Assembly (NCBI GenBank): GCA_002269645.1 | Contig: NIVC01001630.1 | Coordinates: 124,001 to 188,000 of the forward strand | Length of the DNA: 64,000 nt | Source: Macrostomum lignano | Taxonomy: Eukaryota | Direction of reading: 5' to 3' | In this document: positions 35,005 to 47,634 of the stretch, piece after piece | How the letters are laid out: each line of letters opens with the position of its first letter | Position numbering within the stretch: the stretch's first letter is position 1 | Made by a program: the position numbers and the translations under genes | Notes under the pieces: model-generated | What the model was told of the DNA's origin: nothing | Seen by the model: the letters and a program-made list of their open reading frames with translations, nothing else | The model's database searches: none

Positions 35005-36784
35005 AAATTGTTAGAACTGTACTCGGTGCCATCTTTTAAAGATCACAAGCATGAAATGCTTTTTTGAATAAACTAGAATGTTTTGGAAGGATTTGTCTTT
35101 GACTTCTTTTGGTGTTAACTTATTCAGACTATAACTTAAGCGTGTACTGTATCACCCTCCCAAATCTTTAGTGATAGTTCCTCTCAATCCTCAGTTCTTA
35201 GTCGCAGTTGACTGGTCTTTTATTCGCTGAGCTGAGGACCTCACCTGTGACCGCACACAGAAATTCTATTTGACTATCGGTGCAGAACTTTTTGTACACA
35301 CGATTAGAAGTTCGCTTCACTCTCTTCTCTTGCTACTCTTCAGTAGGAAATCTCCCAAAATAGAAATTAGGAATCAAATTGAAGAACTTAGACTTGAATA
35401 TAGCTTCCTACGTAGGAAACTAATACATATATAATACAAGTTTTTGCTGGCCTCCCACTATTGGTGAAACAGGATGAGAAACTATTTGAGAATTAAAAGC
35501 GATTAACTTGAATAGCAAAATTTCTCATTTCAGCGCGCGATACTAATAAAAATGACCGAAGTCACAGACCTACCGCTAATTATAGAGCAACCGGAAGTCG
35601 CAGTCCCACCGATGGATATCATCGATATCATAGGCACCACAACTAGCAGTGAAGTAAAGGATTAGACTGTTTATTTATGACGAAAACTGTTATTTAATGC
35701 CCCGAATCCCAAACCTCAGCAAGAGGTATCCGCATTATTTACCAGCATACGCTCATATTTGGTTGACGTAAAGCTCTTGGTTTCGACCATCGACGATAAA
35801 AAGTCCACATACCTTCCCGTCAATTATTAAATTCCGTGCTCGCACTTTCCAGTAGCTTCAAAAATTCTATATTATGTAGCAATATTTGCTTTAGCTTTCT
35901 AATCAAACTTGAGCAATGCATTTAAGCAATTAACCTGCTAACAAAATCTTGAATGCATTGATCTATTGGTCAGATTTGTTTTATGTCTCTTTTGCTTTGT
36001 TCTGCATCTTCCATCTTTCCTGTGCGCCCAAATTTACAATTTTTTTATTCGAACAACCTACGACACATGTCACTTTCAAGTATTGAAAGTTTAGTTCAAA
36101 ATTTATAGTTTCAAGCAATAGAATTGTGTAATCATGATTTCTAAATATACTAAATCTCTAAGGTTTGTATGCTTGCTTGAATCTAATATACTAAAAATGA
36201 AATGCTTGGTTGCTTGCTTGTAATTGATTTTCTCCCGAACGGCTCAACCGATTTTCTTCAAACTTGCACCATTCGATCAGAAATTTTCCTGGGACGGTAC
36301 ATGCATCTTGGCTAAGAAATTGCTCAATGTTAAAGGGATTAAATATTCGAAAAACATGCTTTTTTGCAAAGGTCAAGCAAACTTTTCGACTTGAAATGCA
36401 TTGTAAGAATGCTAGAGAAAAAACTGACTGACTGAATTCCGATTGTGATTAAGATTGCATCACAACAAGTTGAAAACAGTGCCGAAGAAATGCACACACG
36501 ACTTGATTGAAATTGCGTAACCATATTGCTAACTTAAATTGAGACTGATACTGGCTGACTGAGAAATTGATTATGTCATAACTTTTTACTCCAATTGACT
36601 TGCTGTAAGAATTGAATTATAAGGGCCACAATTTATGTTCTCCAATTGAAAAAGATAGCCCAGATACGAACAGACTGGAATGCTAATGTAGCGACTTGGG
36701 TTCGAATCTTAGTAGGGCAAAAAAGATTTTTTTTTATTAAAACACCTTAAAAACACAAAACTTCTAAACATAAAAGAAGCGCAA

Positions 36785-39370
36785 TGTCAAACATAGAAGA
36801 GCCACCATGTCGAACATAAAAGAGCTAACATATCGAATATTAAAGAGCCACCATGTCAAACCTAAACGAGCCACCATGTCTAATATTTAAGAGGCACCAT
36901 ATAAAACATATAAGTGACTTTATGTCAAACATAAAAGAGCCACCATTTCTAACATTAAACAGCCACCATTTCGAACATTAAAGAGCCACCATGTCGAAAA
37001 TAAAAGAGTCACTATTTCGAACATCAAAGAGCCACTATGTCAAACATTTAGGAGCCACTTTTTCGAACATTAAAGAGCCACCATGTCAAACATAAAAGAG
37101 CCAACATGTCAAACATAAAAGAGCCAACATGTCAAACATAAAAGAGCCAACATGTCAAACATAAAGAGCCACCATGTCAAACATTTAAGAGCCACCATGT
37201 CAAACATATATGTGACTTTGTGTTAAACATTAAAGAGCCACCATTTCGAACATTAAAGAGCCACCATGTCAAACATGAAAGAGCTATAACATGAAGAATA
37301 TTAAAGAGCCACCATGTCGAACATAAAAGAGCTGCCATGTAAAATAACAAAGAGCTACCAAGTTAAACATAAAAGAGCCACCATGTAAAACATTAAAGAG
37401 CCACCATGTGAAACATTAAAGAGCCACATTGTCAAACCTAGAAGAGCCACCATGTCGAACATAACAGAGCTACCATGTCAAACATTAAAGAGCCACCATG
37501 TCAAACATTCAAAAGTTACATTGTCAAACATTGAAGAGCCACTATGTCAAACATTTAGGAGCCACTTTGTCGAACATTAAAGAGCCAACATGTCAGACAT
37601 TAAAAAAGCCACCGTATCAAATAAAAAGAGTTAACATGTAGAACAAAAAGAGCCACCATTTCGAACATAAAAGAGCCAACATGTCAAACATAAAGAGCCA
37701 CCATGTCAAACATTTAAGAGCCACCATGTCAAACATATATGTGACTTTATGTCAAACATTAAAGAGCCACCATTTCGGACATAACAGAGCTACCATGTAA
37801 AACATTAAAGAGCCACCATGTCAAACATTAAAGAGCCACCATGTCGAACATAAAAGAGCCACCATGTCAAACCTAAAAGAGCCACCATGTCGAAAATAAA
37901 AGAGCCACTATTTCGAACATTAAAGAGCCACCATTTCGAACATTAAAGAGCCACCATGTCGACCATAAAAGAGCCACTATTTCGAACATTAAATATCCAC
38001 CATGTCAAACATAAAAGAGCCAACATGTCAAACATAAAAGAGCCAACATGTCAAACATAAAGAGCCACCATGTCGAAAATGAAAGAGCCACTATTTCGAA
38101 CATTAAAGAGCCACCATTTCGAACATTAAAGAGCCACCATGTCGACCATAAAAGAGCCACCATGTCAAACATGAAAGAGCTATAACATGAAGAATATTAA
38201 AGAGCCACCATGTCGAACATTAAAGAGCCACCATGTCGAACATTTAAGAGCCACCATGTTAAACCTAAAAGAGCCACCATGTTAAACCTAAAAGAGCCAC
38301 CATGTTAAACCTAAAAGAGCCACCATGTTAAACCTAAAAGAGCCACCATGTCAAACCTAAAAGAGCCACCATTTCGAACATATAAGTGACTTTATGTCAA
38401 ACATTAAAGAGCCACCATGTCAAACATTAAAGAGCCACCATGTAAAACAAAAGAGCCACCATTTCGAACATTAAAGAGCCACCATGTCAAACATTTAAGA
38501 GCCACCATGTTAAACATAAAAGAGCCACTATGTTGAACATTAAACAGCCATCATGTCAAACCTAAAAGATCCACAATTTCGAACACTTAAGAGCCACAAT
38601 GTAGAATATTAAAGAGCTACCATGTCAAACATTTAAGAGCCACCATGTCAAACATTTAAGAGCCACCACGTAAAACATTAAAGAGCCACCATTTGAAACA
38701 TTAAAGAGTCACCATGTCAAACATTTAAGAGCCACCATGTCAAACCTAAAAGAGCCACCATGTCAAACCTAAAAGAGCCACCATGTCGAACATAAAAGAG
38801 CCACCATGTCAAACCTAAAAGAGCCACCATGTCGAACATAAAAGAGCTATACCATGAAAAAAATTAAAGAGCCACTATCTCGAACATTAAAGAGCCACCA
38901 TGTCAAACATTTAAGAGCCACCATGTCAAACATTTAAGAGCCACCATGTCAAACCTAAAAGAGCCACCATGTCAAACCTAAAAGAGCCACCATGTCAAAC
39001 CTAAAAGAGCCACCATGTCGAACATAAAAGAGCTATACCATGAAAAACATTAAAGAGCCACTTTCTCGAACATTAAGGAGCCACCATGTCAAACATTTAA
39101 AAGCCACCTTGTCAAACATTAAATAGCCACTTTGTCGAACATTAAAGAGTCACTGTGTCAAACATAAAAGAGCCACTGTTTCAAACATAAAAGAGCCACC
39201 AGGTTAAACATTAAAGAGCCACCATGTCAAACAATAAAGAGGCACCATGTCAAACATAAAAGAGCCACCATGTCTGACATTAAAAGCCATCGTTTCAAAC
39301 ATAAAACAGTTGCCATGTAGAACTTAAAACAGCCACCATGTCAAACATAAAATTTACACAATTTCAAACA
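36785..39370. repeat. 23-bp minisatellite (AAAGAGCCACCATGTCAAACATT)n inside H1
   Basis: Direct reading. Confidence 0.95.
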
Positions 39371-39435
39371 TAAAAGTAAGCGAATTTTAAAGGAGCCACT
39401 ATAATGCTAAGGAAATTATCGCACTAGCTACTTAT

Positions 39436-39870
39436 TGTCTGGTGGATGCTTGCTATTTGGGGATGCTATCTATGTAGGGGATGCTTGCTATCTGGCGGAT
39501 GCTTGCTATCTGGGGGATGCTTGCTATCTGGGGGATGCTTGCTATCTGGGGGTTGCTTGTAATCTGGAAGATGCCTGCTATCTGGCGGATGCTTGCTATC
39601 TGGGGGATGCTTGCTATCTGGGGATGCTTGCTATCTGGGGGATGCTTGCTATCTGGGGATGCTTGCTATCTGGGGGTTGCTTGTAATCTGGAAGATGCTT
39701 GCTATCTGGCGGATGCTTGCTATCTGGAAGATGCTTGCTATCTGGCGGATGCTTGCTATCTGGGGATGCTTGCTATCTGGGGGATGCTTGCTATCTGGGG
39801 GATGCTTGCTATCTGGGGGTTGCTTGTAATCTGGAAGATGCTTGCTATCTGGGGGATGCTTGCTGTCTTG
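39436..39870. repeat. 17-18-bp minisatellite (GGGGATGCTTGCTATCTG)n inside H1
   Basis: Direct reading. A related array occurs in H3. Confidence 0.9.
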
Positions 39871-40006
39871 GGATGATTTCTTTTTGCTTCCTTTGAGTAT
39901 TTTGTCTGTTTTTTTTTGTGAAGGCCTTTTTTGGCTATCTTTTTGTTACTTGTAGAGAACAGAGGTTCTATACAGATGTCCCCCAACGGGGGGCGAAGAT
40001 TGCTAG

Positions 40007-43000
40007 TCCTATATACTAAAAATGAGTTGTTTGTTTGTACGCAATCGATTAGAGAAAAAATGGCTGGACCGATTTTCTTCAAACTTGCACTGTTCGATCA
40101 GAAATTTTCCTGGGACGGTACATGCATCTTGGCTAAGAAATTGCTCCATGTTAAAGCGATTAAATATTCGAAAAACATGCTTTTTTGCAAAGGTCAAGCA
40201 AACTTTTCGACTTGAAATGCATTGTAAGAATGCTAGAGAAAAAACTGACTGGTTGAATTCTGATTCTGAAATGGATTACATCATAACTGAATTGTAACTC
40301 CGACTTGAATTGCGTCACAGTATTGAAAATGCAGTGTGGAAGCGTAGCACCAGACTTGATTTAGATTGCGCAACAATATTGTTAACTGATACTGACTGAC
40401 TGAGAAATTGATTATGTAATAACTGCCTCGTGTGATTTACTCTATGCTTGGAGTTTTGAAACTTATAATTATAAGTGCTGAATTCATGTTATCAAAACGA
40501 TGAGAGCTAGCCTAGAGGTAAACAGACTGAACTGCTAAATACAGAAACGATGGTTCGAATTTTTAGAGAGTAGAGTTTTTTTAATTAAAGCTCTTTAACG
40601 CCAAGAAAACTAAAAAAATCATAAAAGCGTCATGTAAAAAATCATAGAAGCGTCATGTAAAAAATCGTGGAAGTGTCATGTAAAAAATCGTGGAAGCATC
40701 ATGTAAAAAGCATAGAAGCGTCATGTAAAAAATCATAGAAGCGTCATGTAAACAATCATAGAAGCGTCATGCAAACAATCATAGAAGCGTCATGTAAACA
40801 ATCATAGAAGCGTCATGTAAACAATCATAGAAGCATCGTGTAAACAATCATAGAAGCGTCATGTAAACAATCATAGAAGCGTCATGCAAACAATCATAGA
40901 AGCGTCATGTAAACAATCATAGAAGCGTCATGTAAACAATCATAAAAGCATCGTGTAAACAATCATAGAAGCGTCATGTAAAATATCGTAAGAGCGTAAT
41001 ATAAAAATCATAGAAGCGTCATTTAAAAAATCATAGAGGCGTCATATAAAATCAAAAAAACGTCATGTAAAAAATCATAGAAGCGTCATGTAAAAATCAT
41101 AGAGGTGTCATGTAAAAATCATTGAAGCGTCCTGCAGAAATCGTAGAAGCGTCATGAAATAATCATAGAAGCGTCATGTAAAAAATCATAGAAGCGTCAT
41201 GTAAAAAATCATAGAAGCGTCATGTAAAAAATCATAGAAGCATCGTGTAAACAATCATAGAAGCGTCATGTAAAAAATCATAGAAGCGTCATGTAAAAAT
41301 CATAGAAGCGTCATATAAAAAATCATAGAAGCGTCATGTAAACAATCATAGAAGCGTCATGTAAAAATCATAGAAGCGTCATGTAAAAATCATAGAAGCG
41401 TCATGTAAAAAATCAAAGAAGCGTCATATAAAAATCAAAAAACGTCATGTAAAAAATCATAGAAGCGTCATGTAAAAATCATAGAGGTGTCATGTAAAAA
41501 TCATTGAAGCGTCCTGCAGAAATCGTAGAAGCGTCATGAAATAATCATAGAAGCGTCATGTAAAAAATCATAGAAGCGTCATGTAAAAAATCATAGAAGC
41601 GTCATGTAAAAAATCATAGAAGCATCGTGTAAACAATCATAGAAGCATCATGTAAAAATCATAGAAGCGTCATGTAAAAAATCATAGAAGCGTCATATAA
41701 AAATCATAGAAGCGTCATGTAAACAATCATAGAAGCGTCATGTAAAAATCATAGAAGCGTCATGTAAAAATCATAGAAGCGTCATGTAAAAAATCATAGA
41801 AGCGTCATGTAAAAAATCATAGAAGCATCGTGTAAACAATCATAGAAGCGTCATGTAAAAATCATAGAAGCGTCATGTAAAAAATCATAGAAGCGTCATC
41901 TAAAACATCATAAAAGCGTCATGTAAAAAATCGTAGAAGCGTCATTTAAAAAATCATAGAAGTGTCATGTAAAAAATCGTGGAAGCATCATGTAAAAAGC
42001 ATAGAAGTGTCATGTAAAAAATCATAGAAGCGTCATGTAAACAATCATAGAAGCGTCATGTAAAAAATCGTGGAAGCATCATGTAAAAAGCATAGAAGTG
42101 TCATGTAAAAAATCATAGAAGCGTCATGTAAACAATCATAGAAGCGTCATGCAAACAATCATAGAAGCGTCATGTAAACAATCATAGAAGCTTCTTGTAA
42201 AAAATCGTAGAAGCGTCATGAAAAAATCATTAAAGCGTCATGTAAAAATCATAGAAAAGTCATATAAAAATCAAAAAAACGTCATGTAAAAAATCATAGA
42301 AGCGTCATGTAAAAATCATAGAGGTGTCATGTAAAAATCATTGAAGCGTCCTGCAGAAATCGTAGAAGCGTCATGAAATAATCATAGAAGCGTCATGTAA
42401 AAAATCATAGAAGCGTCATGTAAAAAATCATAGAAGCGTCATGTAAAAAATCATAGAAGCATCGTGTAAACAATCATAGAAGCGTCATGTAAAAATGTGT
42501 TATTCATGTTATCAAAACGATGAGAGCTAGCCTAGAGGTAAACAGACTGAACTGCTAAATGCAGAAACGATGGTTCGAATTTTTAGAGAGTAGAGTTTTT
42601 TTAATTAAAGCTCTTTAACGCCAAGAAAACTACAAAAATCATAAAAGCGTCATGTAAAAAATCATAGAAGCGTCATGTAAAAAATCGTGGAAGTGTCATG
42701 TAAAAAATCGTGGAAGCATCATGTAAAAAGCATAGAAGCGTCATGTAAAAAATCATAGAAGCGTCATGTAAACAATCATAGAAGCGTCATGTAAACAATC
42801 ATAGAAGCATCGTGTAAACAATCATAGAAGCGTCATGTAAACAATCATAGAAGCTTCATGCAAACAATCATAGAAGCGTCATGTAAACAATCATAGAAGC
42901 GTCATGTAAACAATCATAAAAGCATCGTGTAAACAATCATAGAAGCGTCATGTAAAATATCGTAAGAGCGTAATATAAAAATCATAGAAGCGTCATTTAA

Positions 43001-46000
43001 AAAATCATAGAGGCGTCATATAAAAATCAAAAAAACGTCATGTAAAAAATCATAGAAGCGTCATGTAAAAATCATAGAGGTGTCATGTAAAAATCATTGA
43101 AGCGTCCTGCAGAAATCGTAGAAGCGTCATGAAATAATCATAGAAGCGTCATGTAAAAAATCATAAAAGCGTCATGTAAAAAATCATAGAAGCGTCATGT
43201 AAAAAATCATAGAAGCATCGTGTAAACAATCATAGAAGCGTCATGTAAAAAATCATAGAAGCGTCATGTAAAAAATCATAGAAGCGTCATATAAAAATCA
43301 TAGAAGCGTCATGTAAACAATCATAGAAGCGTCATGTAAAAATCATAGAAGCGTCATGTAAAAATCATAGAAGCGTCATGTAAAAAATCAAAGAAGCGTC
43401 ATGTAAACAATCATAGAAGCGTCATATAAAAATCAAAAAAACGTCATGTAAAAAATCATAGAAGCGTCATGTAAAAATCATAGAGGTGTCATGTAAAAAT
43501 CATTGAAGCGTCCTGCAGAAATCGTAGAAGCGTCATGAAATAATCATAGAAGCGTCATGTAAAAAATCATAGAAGCGTCATGTAAAAAATTATAGAAGCG
43601 TCATGTAAAAAATCATAGAAGCATCGTGTAAACAATCATAGAAGCGTCATGTAAAAAATCATAGAAGCGTCATGTAAAAAATCATAGAAGCGTCATATAA
43701 ACAATCATAGAAGCGTCATGTAAACAATCATAGAAGCGTCATGTAAAAATCATAGAAGCGTCATGTAAAAATCATAGAAGCGTCATGTAAAAAATCATAG
43801 AAGCGTCATGTAAAAAATCATAGAAGCATCGTGTAAACAATCATAGAAGCGTCATGTAAAAATCATAGAAGCGTCATGTAAAAATCATTGAAGCGTCCTG
43901 CAGAAATCGTAGAAGCGTCATGAAATAATCATAGACGCGTCATGTAAAAAATCATAGAAGCGTCATGTAAAAAATCATAGAAGCATCGTGTAAACAATCA
44001 TAGAAGTGTCATGTAAAAAATCATAGAAGCGTCATGTAAAAAATCATAGAAGCGTCATATAAACAATCATAGAAGCGTCATGTAAACAATCATAGAAGCG
44101 TCATGTAAAAATCATAGAAGCGTCATGTAAAAATCATAGAAGCGTCATGTAAAAAATCATAGAAGCGTCATGAAAAAAATCATAGAAGCATCGTGTAAAC
44201 AATCATAGAAGCGTCATGTAAAAAATCATAGAAGCGTCATATAAACAATCATAGAAGCGTCATGTAAACAATCATAGAAGCGCCATGTAAACAATCATAG
44301 AAGCATCGTGTAAACAATCATAGAAGCGTCATGTAAAAATCATAGAAGCGTCATGTAAAAAATCATAGAAGCGTCATCTAAAACATCATAAAAGCGTCAT
44401 GTAAAAAATCGTAGAAGCGTCATTTAAAAAATCATAGAAGTGTCATGTAAAAAATCTTGGAAGCATCATGTAAAAAGCATAGAAGTGTCATGTAAAAAAT
44501 CATAGAAGCGTCATGTAAACAATCATAGAAGCGTCATGTAAAAAATCGTGGAAGCATCATGTAAAAAGCATAGAAGTGTCATGTAAAAAATCATAGAAGC
44601 GTCATGTAAACAATCATAGAAGCGTCATGCAAACAATCATAGAAGCGTCATGTAAACAATCATAGAAGCTTCTTGTAAAAAATCGTAGAAGCGTCATGAA
44701 AAAATCATTAAAGCGTCATGTAAAAATCATAGAAGAGTCATGTAAAAAATCGTAAGAGCGTAATATAAAAATCATAGAAGCGTCATTTAAAGAATCATAG
44801 AGGCGTCATATAAAAATCAAAAAAACGTCATTTAAAAATCATAGAAGCGTCATGTAAACAATCATAGAAGCTTCATGTAAACAATCATAGAAGCGTCATG
44901 TAAAAAATCATAGAAGCGTCATGTAAACAATCATGGAAGCGTCATGTAAACAATCATAGAAGCGTAATGTAAAAATCATAGTAGCGTCATGTAAAAAATC
45001 ATAGAAGCGTCATGTAAAAAGCATAGAAGCGTCATATAAACAATCATAGAAGCGTCATGCAAACAATCATAGAAGCGTCATGTAAAAATCATAGAAGCGT
45101 CATGTAAAAATCATTGAAGCGTCCTGCAGAAATCGTAGAAGCGTCATGAAATAATCATAGAAGCGTCATGTAAAAAATCATAGAAGCGTCATGTAAAAAA
45201 TCATAGAAGCATCGTGTAAACAATCATAGAAGTGTCATGTAAAAAATCATAGAAGCGTCATGTAAAAAATCATAGAAGCGTCATATAAACAATCATAGAA
45301 GCGTCATGTAAACAATCATAGAAGCGTCATGTAAAAATCATAGAAGCGTCATGTAAAAATCATAGAAGCGTCATGTAAAAAATCATAGAAGCGTCATGAA
45401 AAAAATCATAGAAGCATCGTGTAAACAATCATAGAAGCGTCATGTAAAAAATCATAGAAGCGTCATATAAACAATCATAGAAGCGTCATGTAAACAATCA
45501 TAGAAGCGCCATGTAAACAATCATAGAAGCGCCATGTAAAAATCATAGAAGAGTCATGTAAAAAATCATAGAAGCGTCATGTAAACAATCATAGAAGCGT
45601 CATGTAAAAATCATAAAAGCGTTATGTAAACAATCATAGAAGCGTCATTTAAAAAATCATAGAAGCGTCATTTTAAAAATCATAGAAGCGTCATATAAAC
45701 AATCATAGAAGCGTCATGTAAACAATCATAGAAGCGTCATGAAAAAATCATAGAAGCGTCATGTTAAAATCATAGAAGCGTCATGAAAAAATCATAGAAG
45801 CGTCATTTAAAAACTAATGAAAGTGTCATTTAAAAAATTAAGAAGCATCATAGTAGAATAAAAGAAGCGTCATGTCAGACATGAAAGGTGTCATGGAAAA
45901 ATTAAATGCAGCTATAATGCTGTGCTGGGGAGAAAAACTGAGACGTCAAGGCTCTCAGAGAATAACTGAGATTACGGGGGGGGGTTTCTGAGATGTCAAA

Positions 46001-46956
46001 GCAAAAGTCAGAAGCTAATTCAAAGTTCATGTACTTTACTCAATTTTTTTTATTGCATTCTTTGTTGGCTCGCCACGGGAGGCGCTGATAGAAGAAGAGT
46101 CATGTAAAAAATAAAAGTAGCACTATATATACATAAAAGAAAAGTCATGTCGAAGTTAAAAGATTCATTTGGGAATTGCTACGATGTCAAAGCTAGGTGG
46201 AAATCGTTATAGTGCTGTGATTCTTAAAGAAGGAATCACTAAAATGTCAAGGCTTAGGGGAGAAGAATTGCTGAGATTTCAAGGCTTTATGTTGGGTTAA
46301 AGTTAGGTTTAGGTCAGGTGTGGGTTGAGGGTTATATTTTATCGAGTTTCAAGGTTAGCAGGGGATTTTTCAGATTTCAAGGTTTATGGGCGCCATCGCT
46401 GACATGTTAAGGCTTACGGGGGGAATAGCTGAGATGTCAAGGCTCACGGGGGTATAAATGAGATTTCAAGGCTAAAGTCAGAAGCTACATGTAGTTTATT
46501 GAAAACTTTTTATTACATTATTTGATGCCTCCTCAGGGGAGGGATCGCTGATTAAAAAAGCGTAATGTAAAAAATAAAAGAAGCTTCATGTCGAAGTTAA
46601 GATATTCATTTGGGAATCCCTACGATGTCGAGGCTTGCAGGAATCGCTATAATGCTGTAGTAGTGCTATAATGACTCTTAGAGAGAATTACTGAAATTTC
46701 AATGCTTTAGGGTTAGGTTAGGGTTAGGGTTAGAAGGTTGACAGATATTTTTAGATTTCCAAGGCTTATTGGGGGCATGGCTGAGATGTCAAGGGGGGAA
46801 GTTGATATGTTAAAGCTTGTGGGGGGGAATTACTGACATGTCAAGGCTTACAAGGTTTGATAGGAGATTTTTTAAGATTTCAAGGATACATGTAGCTTAT
46901 TAAAAAAACGTGTATTGCATTTCTTTGGCTCCCCAACGGGGGGCGTAGATTGCTAG
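40007..46956 (+). mobile_element. Non-autonomous Helitron-like element H2
   Basis: 5' TCCTATATACTAAAAATG directly after the H1 CTAG; 3' CCCCAACGGGGGG hairpin and CTAG at 46953-46956. Confidence 0.85.
40615..45885. repeat. 22-23-bp minisatellite (AATCATAGAAGCGTCATGTAAAA)n inside H2, with an internal ~2020-bp duplication
   Basis: Direct reading. The unique segment starting at 40483 recurs at 42503. Confidence 0.95.
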
Positions 46957-47634
46957 TCCATATACTAAAAATGAAAATCTTGCTTGCTTGCTTGTACGAA
47001 ATCGATTTTCTCCTGAATGGCTGGACCGATTTTCTTCGAACTTGCACTGTTCGATCAGAAATTTGCCCGTGACGGTACATGCATCTTGGCTAAGAAATTG
47101 CTCGATGCTAAAGGGATTAAATATTCGAAAAACATGCTTTTTTGCAAAGGTCAAGCAGCTCTTTCGACTTGAAATGCATTGTAAGAATGCTAGAGAAAAA
47201 ACTGACTGGTTGAATTCTGATTCTGAAATAGATTGCATCATAACAATAGGCTTTTATTTATCGTCTCTGTACTGGCTGAATTTTGACACTGAATTGAATT
47301 ACGTCACAGTATCGAAAACGCAGTGTGGAAGCATAGCACAATACTTGATTTATCTTGCGTAACCATATTGCTAACTTTAATAGACACTGGTACTGACTTG
47401 CCTAAGAAATTGATTATGTCATAACTGCCTCGTGTAACTTTTACTCTATTGACTTGGTGTGAGTGTTGAATTATAAGTGCTACAAATTCATTTACAATTT
47501 CAATGAGAGCTAGCCTAGATGTGAACACACTGGACTGCTAATGCAGCAACCTGGGTTCGAATCTTAGTAGTGTATAAAAGAATAAAAGTAGCATAAATTT
47601 TTTATTGAAAGCTTTTATTAAAAAACTAATTAAA

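Larger units (their letters stand above)
36182..40006 (+). mobile_element. Non-autonomous Helitron-like element H1
   Basis: 5' A|TCTAATATACTAAAAATG; 3' hairpin GTCCCCC-AAC-GGGGGGC (39978-39994) then CTAG (40003-40006); no TSD. Confidence 0.85.

Noticed and set aside
36785-45885. CRISPR-like appearance of the 23-bp repeats
   Set aside because: Units are contiguous with no unique spacers, there are no cas genes, and the context is eukaryotic.
47505-47570. Functional tRNA-Ser(GCT) gene
   Set aside because: No acceptor stem or long variable arm, mismatched stems, and embedded in a repeat family; kept only as a tRNA-derived module.
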